A DNA stretch of 57,524 nucleotides, from positions 1 to 57,524 of the forward strand of contig JAHFMJ010000003.1 in the NCBI GenBank assembly GCA_023269035.1, written 5' to 3'. The translations under genes were made by a program, and so were the position numbers. Source of the stretch: Candidatus Kaiserbacteria bacterium. Its GTDB lineage: Bacteria; Patescibacteriota; Minisyncoccia; Phycocordibacterales; Phycocordibacteraceae. Positions within the stretch are counted from its first letter, which is position 1. Each line of letters starts with the position of its first letter. The notes below the pieces were generated by a model. The model worked only from the letters and a program-made list of their open reading frames with translations. It was not told the DNA's origin and searched no databases. Shown here piece after piece: positions 45,126 to 52,723 of the stretch.

Positions 45126-45881
45126 ATGAAGACGAATATGAAAAAGATCGCGATCATCGGCAGCGGACATATGGGGACGGCCCTCTTAGAAGGGTTCGTG
45201 AAAAGCGGCATCGCGAAGTCACGTATTGCGATGAGTGATGGCTCCAAGACGAACGTCCGCGTTGCGGCATCGGCTGACGTCATATTCCTCGCGGTAAAGC
45301 CTGGCGTGGTCCAGAGTGTTCTTGCTGAGATTAAGGATGTCTCGTCGGGAAAGCTCATCGTCTCTGTGGCCGCAGGGGTTACGATAGCGGCGATGAAGAA
45401 AAGTACGAGTGCGCGTGTCGTGCGTATGATGCCGAACATTCCTGTTGCCGTAAATGAAGGAGCGATCGGGATTTTCGCCGGAGGCCTGCCAGCGTTGGAG
45501 AAAAAGGCTCTGCGCGCACTTTTGGAGAAGCTCGGTATCGTCATCGAAGTAAAGAAGGAAAGCGACCTTGATACGCTGACGCTCATAGCTGGGTGCGGGC
45601 CGGGGATCGTGGCGTATCTCGTGGCGACGCTCGCTCTTGAGGCAAAGAAGCTCGGGATTTCAACCTTTGAGAGCGAGATGCTCGCGTTTCAGATCTTCAA
45701 GGGGACGCTCGCGTATATGGAAAACACGAAGACTCCTGCCGAGACCATGATGCGTTCGGTGGCAACAAAGGGGGGCGTGACGGAGGCCATCCTTGCACGT
45801 CTGACGAAAGAAGGGACCCGCAAGGCTTTTGCGCGTGCGATAGGCGAAGGACGCTCCCGCTTGAGAAAGATCAAGAAATAA
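45126..45881 (+). CDS. proC: pyrroline-5-carboxylate reductase
   Basis: Rossmann motif IAIIGSGHMG and C-terminal P5CR pattern (SVATKGGVTEA). Confidence 0.9.
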   Translation: MKTNMKKIAIIGSGHMGTALLEGFVKSGIAKSRIAMSDGSKTNVRVAASADVIFLAVKPGVVQSVLAEIKDVSSGKLIVSVAAGVTIAAMKKSTSARVVRMMPNIPVAVNEGAIGIFAGGLPALEKKALRALLEKLGIVIEVKKESDLDTLTLIAGCGPGIVAYLVATLALEAKKLGISTFESEMLAFQIFKGTLAYMENTKTPAETMMRSVATKGGVTEAILARLTKEGTRKAFARAIGEGRSRLRKIKK

Positions 45882-45882
45882 C

Positions 45883-46938
45883 ATGTACAAGAGAGTCGTC
45901 ATAAAAATAGGGAGCGGAGTGATCACTAAGGATGGGCGTCTTGCTGAAGACGTCGTGGCAGGACTGGTGGAACAGGTGGCAGCTTTGCGTACACGAGGTG
46001 TCGAGGTGCTTATCGTGACCTCTGGAGCTGTCGTGACCGGCAAGAGCATACTCTCAGAACGAGGAATGTCCGAGAGCATCCCTGACCGGCAAGCATTGGC
46101 TGCCGTCGGGCAGATAGGCCTTATGGCTTTGTATGCAAAGCTCTTTAACGAACAGGGGATGCACTGCGCACAGGTGCTGGTGACGAAGGGCGACTTCAGG
46201 GATCATCAGCATTACATAAACATGAAAAACTGCCTGGAAAATCTCCTGCAGAGGGACATCATCCCCATCGTGAACGAGAACGACGCCATCGCTATCACCG
46301 AGCTCATCTTTACTGACAACGATGAGGTGGCGGGGCTCATTGCGTCGCTCTTGAACGCGGAAGCAGTGGTCTTTCTCACGAGTGTTGACGGTATCCTCGA
46401 GCAGGAAACCGGCACGGTAATAACGGAGATACATCCTGATGCAGCTCAATCATTCGAAAGCCATATCACGAACGTAAAATCAGCTACGGGTCGGGGCGGT
46501 ATGCATAGGAAGTTCGAGATAGCCAAAAAGCTCATGGCACAAGGGATCGCGGCTCATATAGCGAACGGCGCGAAAAAAGATGTCGTGGAAGATATCATTG
46601 AAGGGAGAAAGATAGGAACAACTTTTATTCCTGATAAGAAAGCTTCCGCTCCGAAGAGACGGCTTGCGTATGCTGAAGGCCTTTCAGCTGGTGCGGTCTA
46701 CGTAGATAACCGCGCAGAAGATATCCTGCTATCGAAAAAGTTCGTGAGCCTTTTGCCGGTCGGCGTCGTGAAGGTTGAAGGACAGTTCAAGAAAGGCGAT
46801 ACCATAGAAATACGCAACGAGAGCGGGAAGAAGCTCGGCTTCGGCGTCGCGCAATATGATGCCGAAAAAGCAAAAGAGCTGAGGGGCAGGAAAGGCGGCC
46901 GCGCCTTGATTCATTACGACTATATGTTCATTGGCTAA
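45883..46938 (+). CDS. proB: glutamate 5-kinase (with PUA domain)
   Basis: VIKIGSGVIT, VTSGAV, and a C-terminal PUA-like region. 351 aa. Confidence 0.95.
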   Translation: MYKRVVIKIGSGVITKDGRLAEDVVAGLVEQVAALRTRGVEVLIVTSGAVVTGKSILSERGMSESIPDRQALAAVGQIGLMALYAKLFNEQGMHCAQVLVTKGDFRDHQHYINMKNCLENLLQRDIIPIVNENDAIAITELIFTDNDEVAGLIASLLNAEAVVFLTSVDGILEQETGTVITEIHPDAAQSFESHITNVKSATGRGGMHRKFEIAKKLMAQGIAAHIANGAKKDVVEDIIEGRKIGTTFIPDKKASAPKRRLAYAEGLSAGAVYVDNRAEDILLSKKFVSLLPVGVVKVEGQFKKGDTIEIRNESGKKLGFGVAQYDAEKAKELRGRKGGRALIHYDYMFIG

Positions 46939-46944
46939 TGAGGG

Positions 46945-46973
46945 TTGATTTTTATAAAATTTCGTTTTAGAAT
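46945..46973 (+). promoter_or_regulatory. candidate promoter TTGATT-17-TAGAAT, 8 nt before ATG 46982
   Basis: TTGATT 46945-46950 and TAGAAT 46968-46973. Confidence 0.5.
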
Positions 46974-46981
46974 AAAAATAT

Positions 46982-47164
46982 ATGGAGATACGATACCGAG
47001 GTCTTGCGAAAGAGCGGCCAATTCTAGTGAAGACTGGGCGTACTTGCCGTGCAGGGATTTGTGAAGGTCCTGGGAATAATGGATGCTTGGGTTGCGAAAA
47101 TTATTTTTGTAATGACCATATACGAAGTCATTATTGCGAGAAGGACGGCGGCGGCCCATGGTAG
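46982..47164 (+). CDS. small (60 aa) AN1-like zinc-finger protein
   Basis: Pattern C-x4-C-x7-C-x2-C-x4-C-x2-H-x3-H-x-C (CRAGICEGPGNNGCLGCENYFCNDHIRSHYC). Own promoter. Lower GC than flanking genes. Confidence 0.5.
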   Translation: MEIRYRGLAKERPILVKTGRTCRAGICEGPGNNGCLGCENYFCNDHIRSHYCEKDGGGPW

Positions 47165-47178
47165 GGCCACGACTCTTT

Positions 47179-47206
47179 TTGACGAGACGAGGGGCTACGG
47201 TACAAT
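47179..47206 (+). promoter_or_regulatory. candidate promoter TTGACG-16-TACAAT, 6 nt before proS ATG
   Basis: TTGACG 47179-47184 and TACAAT 47201-47206. Confidence 0.55.
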
Positions 47207-47212
47207 GACCTG

Positions 47213-48466
47213 ATGCGCCAATCACAGCTTTTCACGAAGACCAGGAAGGAAGCCCCGAAAGATGAAGTTTCAAAAAACGCCCAGCTCCTCGTGCGCGCTG
47301 GCTATATACACAAGGAGATGGCAGGAGTCTATGATCTCTTGCCATTAGGATTGCGGGTCATAGATAAGATACGGAACATCATCCGCGAGGAGATGAACGG
47401 CCTTGGGGCGCAAGAGGTGTCGCTTTCAGCTCTGCAGGACCCGGCGTTATGGGAAGCGACGGACCGCTGGGATGACGAGAAGATCGACGTCTGGTTCAAG
47501 ACAACGCTCAAGAATGGCACGGAGCTGGGTCTCGGCTGTACTCATGAAGAGCCGATGGCGAACATGCTGAAGAATCACATCAGCTCGTACCGCGACCTTC
47601 CGCGCTACACCTATCAGTTCCAAACTAAATTCAGGAATGAGCTGCGCGCGAAAAGCGGCATCATGCGCGGACGTGAATTTCTTATGAAAGACATGTATTC
47701 CTTCAATAGGACGGAGGAAGAGTTAGAAAAATTTTATACGGATGCGGGCGTCGCGTACGAAAACGTATTCCGCAGGGTCGGCCTCGGGGATATCACGTAT
47801 CTTACCTTTGCGTCAGGGGGGATGTTCTCGAAGTTCAGTCATGAGTTTCAGACGGTCTCGGAAGCGGGCGAAGACATCATTTACATCGACACCGAGAAGC
47901 GCATTGCGGTGAATAAGGAAGTATATAAAGATGATATCCTCTTTGACCTTGGCTTAGAAAAGGGAAAGCTGGTCGAAGCAAAGGCAATAGAGGTCGGAAA
48001 TATATTTAAATATGGCACTCGATACTCTGTACCTCTTGGCCTCACCTTCAAAGACGAGGAGGGGAACGAGAAGCCGGTGATCATGGGAGCCTACGGCATC
48101 GGGCTCGGAAGAGTGATGGGCACGGTGGTGGAAATGCTTGCGGACGAGAAAGGCATCGTCTGGCCAGAGTCTATCGCGCCGTTTGCCGTCCATCTCGTGG
48201 AGCTTTCGCAAGGAGACGCGACGATACGCGAGAATGCCGACGCGCTCTATGAAGACCTGAAGAGCGCAGGTATCGAAACCCTCTACGATGACCGTGATCT
48301 CCGTGCGGGAGAAAAATTCGCTGACGCCGACCTGCTCGGTATCCCGTACCGCATCATCGTTGGAAAAAGCACGACAAACGAGATGATAGAAGTTGTCCGC
48401 CGTAAAGACAGCGAAAAGCGCACCGTTTCGAAAGAATCACTCCTCTCTGGTTCCTATGGCTTTTAG
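47213..48466 (+). CDS. proS: proline--tRNA ligase, bacterial-type but lacking the INS editing domain
   Basis: Motif 2 FRNELRAKSGIMRGREFLMKD, motif 3 GAYGIGLGRV, and a C-terminal anticodon-binding domain. Only 417 aa. Confidence 0.92.
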   Translation: MRQSQLFTKTRKEAPKDEVSKNAQLLVRAGYIHKEMAGVYDLLPLGLRVIDKIRNIIREEMNGLGAQEVSLSALQDPALWEATDRWDDEKIDVWFKTTLKNGTELGLGCTHEEPMANMLKNHISSYRDLPRYTYQFQTKFRNELRAKSGIMRGREFLMKDMYSFNRTEEELEKFYTDAGVAYENVFRRVGLGDITYLTFASGGMFSKFSHEFQTVSEAGEDIIYIDTEKRIAVNKEVYKDDILFDLGLEKGKLVEAKAIEVGNIFKYGTRYSVPLGLTFKDEEGNEKPVIMGAYGIGLGRVMGTVVEMLADEKGIVWPESIAPFAVHLVELSQGDATIRENADALYEDLKSAGIETLYDDRDLRAGEKFADADLLGIPYRIIVGKSTTNEMIEVVRRKDSEKRTVSKESLLSGSYGF

Positions 48467-49517
48467 GCTTCCGAAAGGCATCGTCGAGCGTTTTTCGCGC
48501 GAGATCGGCATCGACCTCGGCACGGTCAATACGCTCGTGTATCTGAAAGGAAAGGGGGTCGTGGTCAATGAGCCCTCCGTCGTCGCGGTAAATCAGAAGA
48601 CGGGGCAGGTGGTCGCCGTCGGCACCCAAGCTCGCGACATGATCGGACGAACGCCCCTCCACATCACCGCAGTGCGGCCGCTCGTCGAAGGCGTCATATC
48701 AGACTTCGAGGTCACTGAAGAGATGCTGACGTATCTTATTGGAAAAGCGCAAGGGGAGCAGATGAGCTTAGGCCCGCGCGTCGTCATCGGCGTGCCCTCC
48801 GGCATCACGAACGTCGAGATACGCGCTGTTCGCGACGCTGCGAAGAACGCGGGCGCACGCGAAGTATTCATCATCGAAGAGCCGATGGCAGCTGCGCTCG
48901 GAGCGCGGCTGCCCGTACACGAGGCGGTAGGTACCATGCTGGTCGATATCGGTGGAGGAACGACAGACATCGCACTCATGGCGCTCGGCGGCATCGTCCG
49001 TGCGAAAAATGTGCGTATTGCGGGCGACGTCCTCAATCAGGATATCGCGGCATACATCAGAAGCGAGTTCAAGATACTGATAGGGGACAGGACCGCGGAA
49101 GATGTTAAGATCGCCGTCGGCTCGGTCATCAAGCTCCCCGCACCGCTCCAGACCACCATCCGTGGGAGAGACCTCGTCACCGGGCTTCCGCGCGAGATTG
49201 TCATCACCGACGCGGACGTCCGCGAGGCAATAGGCGCCTCGGTCGCAACCATAGTAGAGGCGATCAAAGAGGTGCTTGAGACAGCGCCGCCTGAAGTGAT
49301 CTCCGACGTCATGCGCCTCGGCATCTACGTGACCGGAGGCGGAGCGCTCCTGCGCGGACTGCCAGAACTCCTCGCGCTCGAGCTCAAGGTCCCGATCCAC
49401 GTCGTCGATGACCCGCTCTCAACGGTCGTACGCGGAACCGGTGTGGTGTTGGAAGATGTCGAAAAATACCGTTCAGTCTTAGTTGATGACGATGATGGCT
49501 CGATCGCGAATTTCTAA
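48456..49517 (+). CDS. mreB: rod-shape protein MreB (paralog 2)
   Basis: GIDLGTVNT and DIGGGTTDIAL. Start at MAFRLPKG (48456), overlapping the proS end by 11 nt. Confidence 0.92.
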   Translation: MAFRLPKGIVERFSREIGIDLGTVNTLVYLKGKGVVVNEPSVVAVNQKTGQVVAVGTQARDMIGRTPLHITAVRPLVEGVISDFEVTEEMLTYLIGKAQGEQMSLGPRVVIGVPSGITNVEIRAVRDAAKNAGAREVFIIEEPMAAALGARLPVHEAVGTMLVDIGGGTTDIALMALGGIVRAKNVRIAGDVLNQDIAAYIRSEFKILIGDRTAEDVKIAVGSVIKLPAPLQTTIRGRDLVTGLPREIVITDADVREAIGASVATIVEAIKEVLETAPPEVISDVMRLGIYVTGGGALLRGLPELLALELKVPIHVVDDPLSTVVRGTGVVLEDVEKYRSVLVDDDDGSIANF

Positions 49518-50247
49518 GCCCACCACGGCGCTCGCTGCTTGTGCGCTCATCGCGATAGTTGTTCTTCTTTTCTATTCTCATGCCGGAGTATATCTCCGTG
49601 GAGCGCTTGCTAATCTGCTTGCCCAGCCTTCGGTACAGAGTGAATATGCGCCGCTCTCACGGGATGCGCTTATCGCTCGCCTTACGAACGCGGAAAAACA
49701 GCTCTCGCGAGTAAAGTACCAAGCGCTGCTCTATGGGCTTATCACGCAGGAGAACGAGTCGCTTCGTAAAGCGGCAGGAGCCGCTACGGTGCCACAGGGT
49801 ATCACCGGACGCGTCATCACGCGCCCGCCGAAGAGCGCCTACGACACGCTCATGCTCGACGTCGGTAAGAATCAAGGAATCGTTAAGGACGACCTCGTTG
49901 TATTCGAGAGTATCGCACTGGGAAAAATAATTTCGATCGGAGATACCACATCTCTTGTGCAGCTCTTCTCAAGCCCGGGAGCCGAACATGACGTGCTTAT
50001 CGGCGAACCGCACGCGGTCTCAGTAGCAAAGGGGCAAGGGGGCGGGACTTTCGAGCTTTCTCTTCCACAGAGTGTCGCTGTCGCACAGGGAGATATCGTG
50101 CGCATTCCAGGAACTGAGACGCTCATATTGGGAGTCGTCGTGTCCGTCGAAGCTCAGAGTGTCGATGTAACGCAAACGGTGCACATCGCAAGTCCAGTAT
50201 CGTTCGCTGACCTTGACTTCGTGCGTGTACTGCCGCGAGAGCCATGA
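49483..50247 (+). CDS. mreC: rod shape-determining protein MreC
   Basis: N-terminal TM, coiled coil, and beta-rich C-terminus. mreB-mreC-mreD-mrdA synteny. The exact start (49483-49495) is uncertain. Confidence 0.8.
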   Translation: MMTMMARSRISKPTTALAACALIAIVVLLFYSHAGVYLRGALANLLAQPSVQSEYAPLSRDALIARLTNAEKQLSRVKYQALLYGLITQENESLRKAAGAATVPQGITGRVITRPPKSAYDTLMLDVGKNQGIVKDDLVVFESIALGKIISIGDTTSLVQLFSSPGAEHDVLIGEPHAVSVAKGQGGGTFELSLPQSVAVAQGDIVRIPGTETLILGVVVSVEAQSVDVTQTVHIASPVSFADLDFVRVLPREP

Positions 50248-50498
50248 TACACCTCTTGACCATTACGCTTTTCCTCATCAGCATCCTCGTCGCGCCTGTA
50301 TGGATTTCCGTCGCGCTCGCGGTTTTGCTGCTCTCGGAGTGGGGCGATTATGCGCTCGTGGTCCTCGCTGGAGCGTGCATGGACCTCATGTTCGGAGCGC
50401 CGATAGCGCTTTTCGGTGGATTCGCTTTCGTCTATACGAGCATCTTCGCGGTACTTGCGGTTGCCTCGTTGTACTTGCGCGCTACTATACTTGAATGA
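50244..50498 (+). CDS. mreD: MreD-like small membrane protein (84 aa)
   Basis: 3 TM. Call is positional (between mreC and mrdA, with overlapping stops/starts). Shorter than typical MreD. Confidence 0.5.
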   Translation: MIHLLTITLFLISILVAPVWISVALAVLLLSEWGDYALVVLAGACMDLMFGAPIALFGGFAFVYTSIFAVLAVASLYLRATILE

Positions 50499-52186
50499 GC
50501 TTCTGGAGGCGGCGCACGCACAGCAAGGGTCGCTACCAAGCGATCGAGCCTGACGAGATACTCATCGATGCCGCGAACTTACCGGCATTCGACACCACGC
50601 GCCTCGAGGGGCGGATAGAGAAGCCGATACCTCAAAGCACCTTCAGGATGTTCCTGACAGCGTTCTCACTCCTTCTCATTATCGCGCTCGGCCAGCTCGC
50701 GCACCTGCAGATATTCAGCCACGATGCACTTTCCGCTCGCGCTGAAAAAAACCGCCTCACAACAAAGTTGGTACCGGCCGAGCGCGGCCTCATCACCGAC
50801 CGCAACGGAACCACTCTTGCCGAAAATATCCCTGGCAAAGATCCGGACACCGCAGAACGCTCGTACCCGCTGGGAAAAGCGGCGGCGCATGTCGTAGGCT
50901 ATGTCTCGTATCCGAAGCGCGATCAGAACGGCTATTGGTACCAGGAAGATGTGCAAGGGACTGCGGGCGTCGAGCAGGCTTACAACGCAGCCCTCTCCGG
51001 AAGGAACGGATTGAACATAGCTGAGACCGATGCGGCGGGAGCTGTCGTTTCAGGGAACATGGTGCGCAGCGCTCTTCCTGGCACGAACGTGACGCTCTCT
51101 CTCGATGCTGGCATCCAGAAGGATTTATATGAGACTATCGCGCATCGTTCAGAGGCCTCAGATTGGCAGGGAGGAGCCGGTGCGGTGATGGATATACACA
51201 CGGGCGAGGTCATCGCGCTCACGAGCTACCCGTCGTACGATCCTGAGGTCATGTCGCGTGGAGAGCCGAAAGATGAAGTGAAGGCTTTCCTGACCGACCC
51301 GCGTTCGCCATTCCTCGACCGAGCGGTCTCCGGGCTTTATGCGCCCGGCTCGGTAGTAAAACCTTTCGTCGCGACCGCGGCGCTCGAAGAGCATGTCATC
51401 ACTCCGGAAAAACAGATACTCTCGACCGGGTCTATCTCGATACCGAACCCGTACGACCCAACAAAGTCATCGGTATTCAAAGATTGGCGCGCGCAAGGAT
51501 GGGTAGATATGAGACACGCTATTGCCGTGTCGTCCGATGTGTACTTTTATGAAGTTGGCGGCGGCTTTCAGAGCCAGCCCGGCTTAGGTATCGCTGCCAT
51601 AGAACGGTATTTGCGATCGTTCGGGTTCGGATCACAGACGGGCATCACCATGCCCGGTGAGGAAGCCGGCGTGATACCCGACCCGGAGTGGAAGGCAAAC
51701 CTCTTCGACGGCGAACGGTGGTTCTTGGGTGACACGTACCATACCGCCATCGGCCAATACGGCGTGCAAGTAACGCTCGCGCAGCTCGTGCGCGGCGTCT
51801 CTGCGATAGCGAACGGCGGCACGCTTGTCACCCCCGTGTTGGAAAAAGGCGCGCAAGGCGCGCAAACGCCGACTGGCGTTGCGGATAGCAACCTGCAAGT
51901 CGCGCGCGAAGGGATGCGGCTCGCGGTCACCGAGGGTATCGCACAAGCACTTGCCGTGCCTGGTGTACAGGTTGCTGCGAAGACCGGCACTGCGGAAGTC
52001 GGTGCGAAAAAAGAGTTCACCAACTCGGTCGTCATCGGGTTCTTCCCGTACGAGAAGCCACGATACGCTTTTGCGGTCGTGATGGAGCGCGCGAAGGCAG
52101 GCTTGCGCGAGGGCGCGCCTTCCGTGATGGGCGAAGTGATGCGCTATATCGTTGAGAACAAGCCGGATATGGTGAAGGAGATTTGA
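50495..52186 (+). CDS. mrdA: penicillin-binding protein 2 (elongasome transpeptidase)
   Basis: TM anchor, SVVKPF (SxxK), SSD, and KTGTAE. Confidence 0.92.
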   Translation: MSFWRRRTHSKGRYQAIEPDEILIDAANLPAFDTTRLEGRIEKPIPQSTFRMFLTAFSLLLIIALGQLAHLQIFSHDALSARAEKNRLTTKLVPAERGLITDRNGTTLAENIPGKDPDTAERSYPLGKAAAHVVGYVSYPKRDQNGYWYQEDVQGTAGVEQAYNAALSGRNGLNIAETDAAGAVVSGNMVRSALPGTNVTLSLDAGIQKDLYETIAHRSEASDWQGGAGAVMDIHTGEVIALTSYPSYDPEVMSRGEPKDEVKAFLTDPRSPFLDRAVSGLYAPGSVVKPFVATAALEEHVITPEKQILSTGSISIPNPYDPTKSSVFKDWRAQGWVDMRHAIAVSSDVYFYEVGGGFQSQPGLGIAAIERYLRSFGFGSQTGITMPGEEAGVIPDPEWKANLFDGERWFLGDTYHTAIGQYGVQVTLAQLVRGVSAIANGGTLVTPVLEKGAQGAQTPTGVADSNLQVAREGMRLAVTEGIAQALAVPGVQVAAKTGTAEVGAKKEFTNSVVIGFFPYEKPRYAFAVVMERAKAGLREGAPSVMGEVMRYIVENKPDMVKEI

Positions 52187-52210
52187 CTCTCGCGCACAAC
52201 CCGTTACAAT
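52183..52210 (+). promoter_or_regulatory. candidate promoter TTGACT-16-TACAAT, 6 nt before greA ATG
   Basis: TTGACT 52183-52188 (overlaps the mrdA stop) and TACAAT 52205-52210. Confidence 0.55.
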
Positions 52211-52216
52211 GGCGCG

Positions 52217-52711
52217 ATGGCATTCAAAAGCGTCGCCAAGACAGCAGCACAGGAGGAGAATGTCCTCACGCAAGAGAAGTTCGACGAGCTCAAGGAAGAG
52301 CTCGAACGCCTCACCACGGTGAGCAGGAAAGAAATAGCGGAAAGCCTTGAGTACGCTCGCTCGCTTGGCGACCTCTCCGAGAACGCCGAGTACCAGGCTG
52401 CACGCGAGCTACAGGCCGCCACTGAGGAGCGCATTCGCCGCCTTGAGCACCTGGTCAAATCAGCGGTCATCGTTTCTGATAAGAAGAAGGGTATAGTCGG
52501 TTTCAGTTCTAAAGTCACGATCAAGAAAAAAGGTGAGAAGGAAGAACATGCCTACACGATAGTCGGCTCGGAGGAAGCGGATATGCGCGAGCATAAGATC
52601 TCGCACCTCTCGCCCTTAGGCGAGGCCATGATGGGAAAGAAGAAAAGCGACACCTTTACTTTCAACACCCCTAACGGGAGGCAGGAGTATACGATAGTCG
52701 AGATCGCGTAG
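52217..52711 (+). CDS. greA: transcription elongation factor GreA
   Basis: Coiled-coil tip GDLSENAEYQAA and a C-terminal FKBP-like domain. Confidence 0.93.
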   Translation: MAFKSVAKTAAQEENVLTQEKFDELKEELERLTTVSRKEIAESLEYARSLGDLSENAEYQAARELQAATEERIRRLEHLVKSAVIVSDKKKGIVGFSSKVTIKKKGEKEEHAYTIVGSEEADMREHKISHLSPLGEAMMGKKKSDTFTFNTPNGRQEYTIVEIA

Positions 52712-52723
52712 TACTATTTGAGG

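Noticed and set aside
44423-45586. Long antisense ORFs: 387 aa at 44423-45586 (minus strand), and similar ones at 3365-4135, 14911-15693, 31917-32654, 51632-52273, 56029-56643 and elsewhere.
   Set aside because: They lie entirely opposite well-supported conserved genes (proA/proC, dnaG, ABC permease, pepQ, mrdA, ftsI). They have low-complexity Arg/Ser/Ala/Pro-rich compositions and no motifs. These are typical shadow ORFs of GC-rich coding DNA.
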